A DNA stretch of 62,985 nucleotides, counting the filler, from Rhabdomonas costata (Eukaryota): assembly GCA_019059605.1 (NCBI GenBank). It is 57 parts of 57 records of this genome, joined end to end, with 100 filler letters (N's around TTAATTAATTAA, not from the genome) between each part and the next. Parts side by side here need not be neighbours in the genome. Positions count along the whole stretch, not along the records: positions 12,177 to 13,183 come from JAHMHO010033958.1; positions 13,284 to 14,289 come from JAHMHO010033959.1; positions 14,390 to 15,396 come from JAHMHO010033960.1; positions 15,497 to 16,500 come from JAHMHO010033961.1; positions 16,601 to 17,607 come from JAHMHO010033962.1; positions 17,708 to 18,714 come from JAHMHO010033963.1; positions 18,815 to 19,821 come from JAHMHO010033964.1; positions 19,922 to 20,928 come from JAHMHO010033965.1; 49 more parts are not named here. One strand, given 5' to 3'. Positions 12,670 to 22,921 of this stretch are shown piece after piece. The notes beneath the pieces are model-generated. The model was not told the DNA's origin and did not search any database. It saw only the letters and a program-made list of their open reading frames with translations. A program made the position numbers and the translations under genes. Position 1 is the stretch's first letter. Each line of letters begins with the position of its first letter.

Positions 12670-12825
12670 GTTACACCGTCAACTCAGAACACGGGCCTTT
12701 AGCCTCAGTAAGCATGAAAACGTTTAAAACGTGTTGTATGCCTACATACCAGCCTAGCGGCATTTTATGGCGTTCCCAGGACTTCAACTGGAAACTCGTA
12801 ATAAACTAAATTCTGAGAATGTAAC
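12670..12825. mobile_element. MITE-like dispersed repeat, copy 1
   Basis: Colinear with 60097-60258 over its full length; ends GTTACA...TGTAAC are inverted. Confidence 0.75.
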
Positions 12826-13395
12826 TTACCTTACCTACTTTCCTCCGTTTTTTTCTCTACTTTCGAGCTACGGTTTCTGGACTCGAGGTTCAATGTTCTT
12901 TAATCTGTTGGTGTGTTGGTTGGCCGCTTCCCGGCCTCGGACTCCTCCTCTACGCCGAGATATAACCCCTTCAAGGTCTTTTGGCCCTTTTTGGCCCTTT
13001 TAAGAGCATTTTTTACCCGAAAATCTCAAGTCTTGGTATGCGTTTTGCGGACCTTTTCAGGCCTGCTTAGCATACCAGTCGCAACCTTTCCCCCCTCCTC
13101 CCATCCTTAATTGGGCCGAAGGGGAGAGAAATATCCAGTAGTAAGTCTCCAGTGCTGAACAGTTAATACGTATACCCACAACANNNNNNNNNNNNNNNNN
13201 NNNNNNNNNNNNNNNNNNNNNNNNNNNTTAATTAATTAANNNNNNNNNNNNNNNNNNNNNNNNNNNNNNNNNNNNNNNNNNNNCCCACTTTTATAGCTTT
13301 GTGTGTTTCTGTTTGTGTGCGTGCGTCTGGAGAGTCGGTTTCCAGAGCGTTTTGTGGGTTGTGACTGACTTCAGAGCTACTGTGCTTCCAGAGTT

Positions 13396-14289
13396 ATGGA
13401 GTTGTCCCATACCACTAAGCCACCTGCAGAGCGTTACTGGGCAGGTCTGAACGCATTTGTGAGGGACAATCTACAGAATAGGTATGATGCTTGTGTGCAG
13501 TGCTTTGATAAGTCTTCAGCAGATTTGGAGAACGTGCGAAAAGAGACTGCAGAGCGAATGAATAGTAGATGTTCGTGAGTGGTAAAAAGTACCACGAGGT
13601 GGATGAGCGCAGTGCAGTGGATTTCAGATCGGTACAAGGACAGGAAAGAGAATGCAGAGATCACAAATCTAGTCGGTATTCTGGAGCAGGGAATAGTTGA
13701 GATGGCTAAGGCTATGCAGGAGTTGAACGAGTGGAGGATTGTTGCCAAGGGTACCGACCCTGAGTACCATTCCATCAGTGTTGGATGATCATGCCATTGT
13801 GAAGTATGTGATGGAGGTGGTTGAACATATTTATTGATCGATTGTGATTTCAGAACAGGAGAATATCGAGGGGTTGCTTAATGAGGTTCTGAGGAGGAAG
13901 CTTGTTTCCAGACAGTTGTTGTCACAGCTTCCAGAGACGAGGCAGTGGGTGAAGTATGATCCTCGGGCCACGAAGCCCCCTCCACAGCCACCAGTTGCAG
14001 ATACGTTGGGAGAGATTTTGCGACAGCTGAAGATGGGTAGTGGACCGTTGTTGGAACCTCCCAGAGGAGGTAATGCACAGCAAGGGACGGGAACCACAAT
14101 GACATGGGTGGCCAGAGCCACGCCCTCGTCTTCCACAGAGAGTGCAGTTCCCAACGCGGCTCCAGAGACAGTTCCAAAGTTGATGGTTTTGTAAATACCC
14201 AGTGTTAGACAATCCAGAGAAGATTATGGTGATTGACATGGAGTTCATAGAATACTCAAGTGAGGTGGTTGAATCCAGAGTTCCACATG
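13396..14289 (+). pseudogene. Decayed intronless ORF, possibly transposon gag-like
   Basis: Abutting ORFs 13396-13578 and 13579-13788 split by an in-frame TGA, then a frameshift to 13844-14194; helical then Pro-rich peptide; no intron pattern seen. Confidence 0.45.
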
Positions 14290-15538
14290 NNNNNNNNNNN
14301 NNNNNNNNNNNNNNNNNNNNNNNNNNNNNNNNNTTAATTAATTAANNNNNNNNNNNNNNNNNNNNNNNNNNNNNNNNNNNNNNNNNNNNGGTTTGTCATT
14401 TGCTCCCTGTTCTTCAAAATGGGAGTGGGAACGCAATTTGGGATGTCCCTGAGACTCCTTCTGCTGTCTGTGGTCGTTCGTGTACTGTAGCACGTGTTTT
14501 GCGGACCTTGCCCGTTGTTGGGATGTGCCCAAACTTGCCCTATGTGGGCGTTGTTCTTGTCAGCGCTGGCCGGGGTGGCACGATGGTTGATTCCAATTTT
14601 CGGTTTCGTCCAAAAAACCCTCCCACCTTCCCTGGTCCAGCTGAGTCTTCAAAGTCGAGATGACTCGTCATTCAAAAAAAAGCTGAAAGGCATCGCAGCT
14701 ACGATATGAAGAGCTTTAACGCCATTTGTCTTGTCCAGGTCACTCAGACTGAGCCCCACCCCCCTCCCGTGCTGTTTTGTGCTCCAAGACGGGGTGATGC
14801 ATGCGGATGCGGAGCGACGGGGCTGGGGAAAAGCTGCAAAAAGTGCAAAAGTGCGAGCTGCAAAAATTTTGCCTTTCGATCCCTACAAAATGTTTGGCAC
14901 AAATTTTTGTGCACTTTTTTCTTTCGCAGCTGATGTGTGGGTGAACCTTTCTCTTTTCAGGTGTACAGTTTATGTGTGTGGCTGCACACCGGGACCCTTT
15001 TGTATTGTGGATGCTTCGGTGAGGTTGTTTACTGGTTTTTAGAGTAGACAGCTCGAGTCGTCGCGACAGTTATTGGTCGCACCGATGATGGACTTGCTTC
15101 CCCTATACTCTTCCTCAACCCCTCCCTTGGGGACCGGTGGGTGGGTTTCGTTGGACCCTGGGTCCTCATATGGGGCCTGGCCCCCTTCCGGGATGGGGCT
15201 CTCTACAGAGGTTCGAACCCGGACAAGAGCCGGGGACATCTCCTCTTCCATTCCCATCGACATTCACGCTGACCTGGAGTCGGGGTGGCACCCCGCACCT
15301 GCATCTGCCTTGGGAAGTGCAGTGTCGGGGGAGCCCAGCAAGGGGCCGCCCTCTGCCCTCCCCCAGCCTTCTTCGACAGCCCCTTGCTGGGCTCCCNNNN
15401 NNNNNNNNNNNNNNNNNNNNNNNNNNNNNNNNNNNNNNNNTTAATTAATTAANNNNNNNNNNNNNNNNNNNNNNNNNNNNNNNNNNNNNNNNNNNNTTGT
15501 TTGTGTGTGTCTTGATTGCGTTTTTGGGGGGCTGGCAG

Positions 15539-16463
15539 GTAGAGCAGTTTTTCGAGACTGCAACGGAGGACGAGGTTGTGGAGGCCCTGAGGGAGCGCTA
15601 CAAGACGGATTACCCCGCTGTGTTTGAGATTGTCCTTGCCCACCACAGCACGCAGAGGCATCGCGTGGTGCTAGCCATCCTGCTGAAAGTCGAGGAGATG
15701 GCACACACCAAGGACTTCATGGAGTCGTTGCAGGTGGGATGTCCCAAAATGCGCCATTGAGAGACCCGAAACACTTGCAGAGGGAATGTTTAGTGGAGAG
15801 TCTGTTGGAACTCATGGCTTTCGCAAGCAGTGCATGTGGACCCGGAGAAGACCGCCCGGGGTCACGGTGGAGCCTGGCGGAAGAAGAGTTGACGATTGGC
15901 CACTATGCTCCTTGGAGCTGCCAGTTAACAGGAGAAGATTTGACCAATCCGCAGGATGCAGAGACGAGCACCACCAATGCAACCCTTTCGTACGTCTTGG
16001 TGTGAGTTCAGTAATGCGAGGGACAGCTCAATGCGTCGTCCCTGGTGTTTGTGTTGGAGTTGGACAGGGTACTCGATCATAAGACGCACCTCGCGCGGTG
16101 TGTCTTAGTGTGCTCTCCGTGGTAAGAGGAAGATGACCTGAGGATTCCAGGGTTGGAGCTCACTAGAACCGCGGTTTAATTCGCCATTGAGAGCATTTGA
16201 GCACTTGAAATCCCGCTGAAGGCAGAAAACCCTTCACCAAAACAATGCCTTCTGCTCGCAGTGTGTGTTTGTGTGTGTGTGTGTGTGCATTGGTATGGAT
16301 GGGATGGGATGGGCAGGCGATTTCGAGTCTCAGCGCGGTGCGCAACGACATTGTGGTGCTGCAGGCCCGGCACATGCTGCGCCGTATGCACGCCCCCTCG
16401 TACGAGGACAAGATCGGCGAGCTGCACGTCCTTTTGCGCACCGCCGCAGACACCCGCGACCAG
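15539..16463 (+). CDS. ACC: Acetyl-CoA carboxylase (eukaryotic multidomain type, central region); exons 15539-15733 and 16317-16463
   Basis: VEQFF...EVVEALRE...IVLAH...VVLAIL and VVLQARHMLRRMHAPSYEDK fit the ACC central-domain motifs (VE..F; L.AR..L.....PS.E); phase-0 GT-AG intron. Confidence 0.8.
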
Positions 16464-17792
16464 GCAAGCCTCTCTGAAGAGTCACGCCTTCACCCCACAA
16501 NNNNNNNNNNNNNNNNNNNNNNNNNNNNNNNNNNNNNNNNNNNNTTAATTAATTAANNNNNNNNNNNNNNNNNNNNNNNNNNNNNNNNNNNNNNNNNNNN
16601 ACTTCGAGTGAGTTTTGTCCCCCAAGCAGAAAAAAAACCGTGAAGGGGACAGACCGTTCGGGAAAAAGGAAAGCCGCTGAGCTGCCCAGTTCTGCGTTCA
16701 GCAATTGCGCACATGCACACGCGCAACGCATGCCTCCTCACACTCGCGTCGACACGCCGGGTCGCAGACGAGACTTCCAATGAAAAAAGCAGATGCCAGC
16801 CTGAGGATGGCGCGGTTTTGGTGCAGAACACAACAGGTAATGTGAAGCAGCGCTCCCTCCCTAACAACAAGAAAATCCAATTCACCCGGAAAGACGCATC
16901 ACATCGCAATTAGAGCCAAAACTAAGGACAGACGGAGGAGCTAAGGTATCTGGGCGAAAAAAAAATCCGCAAAAAATGAAGACATGAAAAACCAACAAAA
17001 GCGCATGGCCAAGGTCGCAGTTAAGAGGGCTAAGCCGAAGCAGGCCTGGGGTCTTTTGCACATACAACACAGCACATGACCCACCTAATGTTCGCCAACG
17101 CCCAAAGCAGGTAGACAAAAGTTCTACCAACTAAAAGTTTTGGAAGACACCAATGGAAGGCACCCTCACACACAGTCAGGGCGCAACGGCGCTCTCCACC
17201 CAGGGTGATAAAAAGAAGAATTGCAGCAAACCCATCACAAGGATTTGTGGATTTGTGTCCAAAGTAAGCCAACCCTAACAACAGCTCATGCTGGAACCGA
17301 AGAAATGGAAAGGGGGGGGGGGGTCGTCAGGGTCACCGTCCCGCCCGGAGAGCAAATCCATTGGTGAGTTGAATGTCCGCACCCCCTGGCACCGTTTTGC
17401 AATTCCAGCTTCAGCGCCGCTGGCGATTCAAGATCTTCCAACGGGCACCACATTCAAAACAGCAGAAATACTCGTAGCCCTGAGTGACCCAGAAAGGAGT
17501 GCGAGCCTTTCCCATAAAAAGTATCGAGACGATGAAGAGAGACTTGCTGCGTGAACCCTTTATCTGAGTTTCCTGTGAAGGACCATTGAACGGGAAGCCC
17601 AACACAANNNNNNNNNNNNNNNNNNNNNNNNNNNNNNNNNNNNNNNNNNNNTTAATTAATTAANNNNNNNNNNNNNNNNNNNNNNNNNNNNNNNNNNNNN
17701 NNNNNNNTGTGGTGAGCAAAAGCGCTAATGCAAGTTGAAGACTGTCAGTTCTCGCCGGTCTTCAACTTGCATTAGCGCTTTTGCTCACCACA

Positions 17793-18714
17793 TTGAGGTA
17801 CACTTCGTGGCACCTGCAGCAAATCCGTTGATAACCCGGGAAGCTGCCAACTGTAGTACCTCACATCCGGAAGGCGAAACTATGTTACAATCTGCCATGA
17901 TTCCTGGCGCGCGTCGGGCCAGCTCAGAGTTCCGGGAACTGTTGGGTTCTGTCTTGGAGGACCGTCGCGCCCGAGCAACTTCGGAATGTGCCTCGGTTCT
18001 ATTCCAAAGTGCACTTTCAAGTGGTACTGCTTATGACGGAGAGCCAGAGAGTGCCCATTCCTCAGAACTACCTCAAGAGTTAAGCGTGGAGCATCACTAC
18101 AGCCTAACCTTTTCGAAGTGTAAGGTTTTCGCGTGCAGTATCAGTACTGGTCCATCTATTTCAAGCTCTCATCTCACTGCCACTGCTGATGACTACCGTC
18201 TGAGTGAGCGCCTGGGGTCTTCTTGGGTGAGCATATTGAAAAGCAAGCACAGCGCAGTTTCACCTCGCCCCTTCAGGCTGTGTTTGTCTCCTCCAGCATC
18301 CGGGACTTTACCAAGCACTTTCTCTGTTCATGCTTTGCTCTCTGGTGTGATTCTGAGTCATTACATCTCCGCTCCAGGGAATCATTGGATACTGCGGATC
18401 GCCGACATCTTCCAGAACCGCTGTGCACCAGCACCACCAGAGTCGGAGGAACTTTTGATTGAGCGTGCTGTTCATCCTTCAGAGGGTGAGCCGCGAAGGG
18501 ACTGTTCCTCACCGGCCCAGCTCGACTTAAACATTTGTGTCAATGACCTGATAATTTCTTACAAAGACGCGGATTATCCTGCTGAGCTTGCCGCAAATAT
18601 CAGCACACTTATTGTCACGTCAGTGCCATTTTCACCCGCTCCCTCTGAAACGAATTCGACCGGTTGCTCTGAAGCCAAAACACTGGCTGGACTGGCGTGC
18701 AACGGCAAGCAGAG
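17793..18714 (+). CDS. Long exon, ATG2/VPS13-superfamily-like lipid-transfer protein (tentative)
   Basis: Open frame of over 300 codons; FSVHALLSGVILSHYISAPGNHWILRIADIF...LDLNICVNDLIISYK resembles the ATG2 central region by eye. The first about 85 nt of the contig are a fold-back. Confidence 0.45.
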
Positions 18715-19303
18715 NNNNNNNNNNNNNNNNNNNNNNNNNNNNNNNNNNNNNNNNNNNNTTAATTAATTAANNNNNNNNNNNNNNNNNNNNNNNNNNNNNN
18801 NNNNNNNNNNNNNNCCAACCATCGGGTGCCACGGGGTAAGGTTTGGGTTGATTCCACCAGGTGCTGCTACGCGGCGTCCAGAGAAAGAAAAAAACAAAAC
18901 CCGCCAAAGTAATTGCAATGCTATCGGGCTACGGTTTTTTGCGGAAAGACGCGGCACAAGATCAAGGAAGAGCCGCCAAGGTGCAGGGGGGCGGTAGCGC
19001 ATTAGAAATCCCCATACTGGCAGCTGAGTGCAGGAGATATGGACACTGTTCACGTCCACAAAGGGTTCTGGAGGGTGAGCCATGCAGCTCCTCGTCCATG
19101 GTTTGCGAGCATTCTGGAAAAGGGCAAGGGCGAGCCCCAGCATGGAGTGCTTTTTATAGAAATTTTGTGTATAGAAATTTTGTGAAAATGAGGATCCTTT
19201 TTAATCTTTATTTCATTCCTCATTTTTGTATGAGGCTTGGCTGATCCTGGTGCCTAGCTCCAATGAGTTGAGTCGAATTCTTGTTCTTCCCAGATCCGCA
19301 GAA

Positions 19304-19815
19304 ATGTTCCGTTGTTTTCGTGCAAGTCAGCTTGCCGCCTCTCTTCGAAACGTTCATGGTGCTCGTCTGCAATCGAGCAAGGTGGGCCCGAAGGTCGCCA
19401 CTGCTGCTGAGAATGCCGCAGTTGCAAAGAAGCAGCACAAGAAAGGGAAGTTGACGGCCTATGAGAGGTACTCACTACTCACCATTCCTCTGGCAGCAGA
19501 GCCTGTTTTGTGGTTAGCGTGCCTGAAATCTTTTCTTTTCAGGGTTGCCTTGCTGCTGGACGAGGGCACGTTTCGCGAGTATGACGCGCTTGTGGAGCAC
19601 CGCTGCATGGATTTCGGAATGCAAAAGAACCGACCCAGCGGCGACGGCGTTGTCACAGGTTTTCTCCCGTACCTTTCCCCTCGAAGCAGCGGTTTGCACC
19701 ATTTTGGTGCCCCAAGTTTTACTTTTTCACAATAGGACATGGGAAGATCTTCGGGCGCCAGGTATACGTGTTCAGCCAAGACTTCAACGTCTTTGGCGGC
19801 TCCCTGTCCTTCACC
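19304..19815 (+). CDS. PCCB: Propionyl-CoA carboxylase beta chain, N-terminal part; exons 19304-19467, 19543-19658, 19736-contig end
   Basis: [35 protein letters not shown]...[31 protein letters not shown]; Arg/Ser/Ala-rich presequence-like N-terminus; GT-AG introns of 75 and 77 nt. Confidence 0.93.
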
Positions 19816-21461
19816 CACACANNNNNNNNNNNNNNNNNNNNNNNNNNNNNNNNNNNNNNNNNNNNTTAATTAATTAANNNNNNNNNNNNNNNNNNNNNNN
19901 NNNNNNNNNNNNNNNNNNNNNTTGTTGGTTGTTTTCAATTTACGGAATTCGAATTCACACAAGTGAGCCTGTAACCCACGTTTTTCTGACTGAGAAGTTC
20001 ACTTACTCGACTTGAGGGCAGTTTATCAGCCGAAAATAACGTTCGTTCAGGGGGTGGGGGTCAAGATTTTTTTCGCAGGCCAAAGAAAAGTAATATTCGG
20101 CCTTGCAGGGGGCTAGTTTGCGATGTACTGCCTGGATTCCCACTTGCTCACGTAAGTCCTTTGTGATTATTGAAGCGATTGTGTGGTATTGTGTACTCGA
20201 ATCCTGCATATGTTCAGATGTGGATTAAACTGTAATTAAGAAGAAACCGTTATTCAGCCTCAAGTGGCTGAATTTATGCTGTGAAGCTCGAGCACTGCGC
20301 AGGGGTCCTGTTTGAATGCTCATGCTCCGTTCACAACCTAGAGGGGTGCATTATGGCCCTTCCGGGGAAAACTTAGCCCAAGGACGGCCCCAAACCCCTC
20401 CGAAGCAGTCTTCAGATGGTCCAGAAGTCCTCGGCTGGCTGAAAATCCCGGCTCCCATGGGGCGACATAATCTGTAATCCATCCTGTGATACAGACCAGT
20501 CTGAACGCTAAAGGAGCATGCACAGCCCTGTGGGGTGGAGTGAAAAGTTGGGACGGACCGATGCACATATGCACGAACGTAAGGATGCACGGTCACACAA
20601 TTGATAACAAGTGGCATTGCGGGACTACTGTGTCTTTCCTTTAGACAGGGTAATGGAAAGCATTTACCCGCATAGCCCGTTTCTGTTTTGTGGGTCATCC
20701 GGAAAAGAAATCTGCCTCAGTGCGTTAGCAATGGGGACCTGTCTGCCTTGTTCTCTCTCAGGTTTGAGTTTTGTCTCTTTTCTCACTGTATTTGCCTGTG
20801 TCTTGTCCTGTGTGATGCTGTGATGGCGAAGGTCGCCAAGGTCAGCCCAGTGCTGAAGTGGTTTGATGAGTACTCCAGCACTGGGCTGACCTTGGCGACC
20901 TTCGCCATCACAGCACCACACAACCAAANNNNNNNNNNNNNNNNNNNNNNNNNNNNNNNNNNNNNNNNNNNNTTAATTAATTAANNNNNNNNNNNNNNNN
21001 NNNNNNNNNNNNNNNNNNNNNNNNNNNNTGTTGGTTTTTTTGTGGAATCCAGTGCGCGCGCGCACGCACACACACACACACACATTTTGAAGCTCATTTC
21101 TTTCATTTAATGCGGTTGCGCTCGTCATTCGCCAAAGGGAAAAGGGTTTGCGAGCCCCAGCTATGCCGGTGTTTTGCATCTGGATTGAGTGATCGGGGAG
21201 TTAGATCAGAAGCAGGTTTTTTTTGAAAAACTCGCTGACATGCACGAACTCTTTGCCAGCCCTTTTTTCTCTCCTCTAATTTTTTTGTTTTTTATCTGGA
21301 TCGCTGCGCAATTTTGGGTCACTGTGTGTATTTTGGATTTGTTTACCACGCTGTGCTCTGCTTTTTATTGATCTATATTTGCTCACTGCTGTTTCTACCG
21401 GGAATCCTGAGGACCCACCCTAGAGGATGCTTGTTTGGAGTCGGTCTATCTCTCGTTGCAG

Positions 21462-22030
21462 GAGTACGCCAAGAGAGGTTTTGTGTTGGACTGCACCTGG
21501 ACGGATAAGGGTGAGGACTCGGGGCTGATCTCCGGTCACGCCTACGGCGTCGGAGAGGTACGTCTGGTGGCATAACTTGCCTCCAGTCCCCTGGCACTTC
21601 TCGAGCCGTGCTGTTCTCTACACAGGAAGAACAAAAAGCACTAGGTTTGTCAGGTTGCACACCCCTCAATGGTCCGCAAGTGTCTTCGGAGCAGTTACCT
21701 CAAAGCAAAAAGTAGGAACTTTGTCAAGGGAACGAATCAAAGCCAAATCAATTGGCTGTCAGCTTCAGGTTCACCGATAATTCCGCAAAGTCGCAGTTAT
21801 TCAAGGAAAATGTGTGGTGAATGTCTGACGCAGAAAGGGGAAGCGTTCACGACACTGATCCGGCCGTCTCATATTTTTGGTTCACCTCTTGCGGCCCCCC
21901 CGTCCCTCTCCTGTCCCTCTCAGATTAAGGAAGCCGAGGGTACTCTGTTCTTCAAGTTGCGTAACCCCTATGGCCACGGGGAGTGGCAGGGGCGGTACTC
22001 GGACAAGTGGGCGGGGTGGCCCCGACACCC
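21462..22030 (+). CDS. Calpain (CysPc domain), partial; exons 21462-21557 and 21924-contig end
   Basis: GLISGHAYGV (catalytic His) and KLRNPYGHGEWQGRYSD (catalytic Asn) joined by a phase-0 GT-AG intron. Confidence 0.9.
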
Positions 22031-22803
22031 CCCACNNNNNNNNNNNNNNNNNNNNNNNNNNNNNNNNNNNNNNNNNNNNTTAATTAATTAANNNNNNNNN
22101 NNNNNNNNNNNNNNNNNNNNNNNNNNNNNNNNNNNGGTTGTTGTGATGCTCTTTTTGGGGGCGAGGGTTGTTGAATGGTGTGAAGCTTTATCAGCGATGA
22201 GGTGTGAATTTGGTCTTCTTAACCATTTGCGTTAATTTTTGGTTGGTTGGACAGGTATGGGGTATGGGTTTTCATTTGGGCTTTGATAGACAGGTGACGG
22301 AGACCAGCGCCGCGTAGGCCAGTCCTTATAGGGTAGTTGGGGAGTTTTTTCGGCCATGTGCATACCAGATGTGGGGCGTTTTGGGGTGCCCAGACACCAT
22401 CGCAGTTCGTACATCGCTATGCAGTAAGTTAGCGTAAACTGTTTTCAACTTCGATAAACTTTAATAATGATAAATATTACACACACCCTTCCCCCCATTC
22501 AAAAGGCACCCGATTTAAGGCGGGAGTCCCTCGGGACAGCGTATTGATAACCAAAAGTATCCCTGATTGCAGATTGTAATCGCCCCCCCCCACACACACA
22601 CACAGACACACTTGGGACATGACAGTCGACGACGTTTTTCGACGTCTTCTTAGGTATCGTTGATGTGCGTTCAAAGACCCACATAGCGTTCCTCCACCCA
22701 CACTGTACCCTGCAGTGTTGGTACCACTGCGATGGTGTTTTTTTTCATACAGTCTCTGTTTTCCTGTTTTTCTGGTATTTTCTGGAATGTCCAAAATCCT
22801 GAG

Positions 22804-22921
22804 GCATGACGAGAAGTGGCTGTCCGTCCATGACATGTTTTGGCTCCTTAGAAATGAGCCTAACAACCAGATGGTGATAAACTTCGTCTTTCGCATGGAG
22901 CGGGACATTTCGCTCTCAACG
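22804..22921 (+). CDS. Wax ester synthase/DGAT (WS/DGAT)-like, N-terminal exon
   Basis: WLSVHDMFWLLRNEPNNQMVINFVFRMERDISL fits the WS/DGAT N-terminal pattern LS..D..(W/F)L....P.N.M.I..V; donor ACG|gtatgc. Confidence 0.6.

Noticed and set aside
13576..13578. In-frame TGA as evidence of an alternative genetic code or selenocysteine
   Set aside because: The same region has a frameshift and a TAA, conserved genes use TGG for Trp, and NADK ends in TGA.
17708..17792. 35-bp inverted repeat
   Set aside because: Begins at the first base of the contig, so it is a fold-back artefact. It also corrupts the N-terminus of the 343-aa ORF.
20816..20915. 40-bp inverted repeat
   Set aside because: Terminal fold-back followed by an A/C-only tail.
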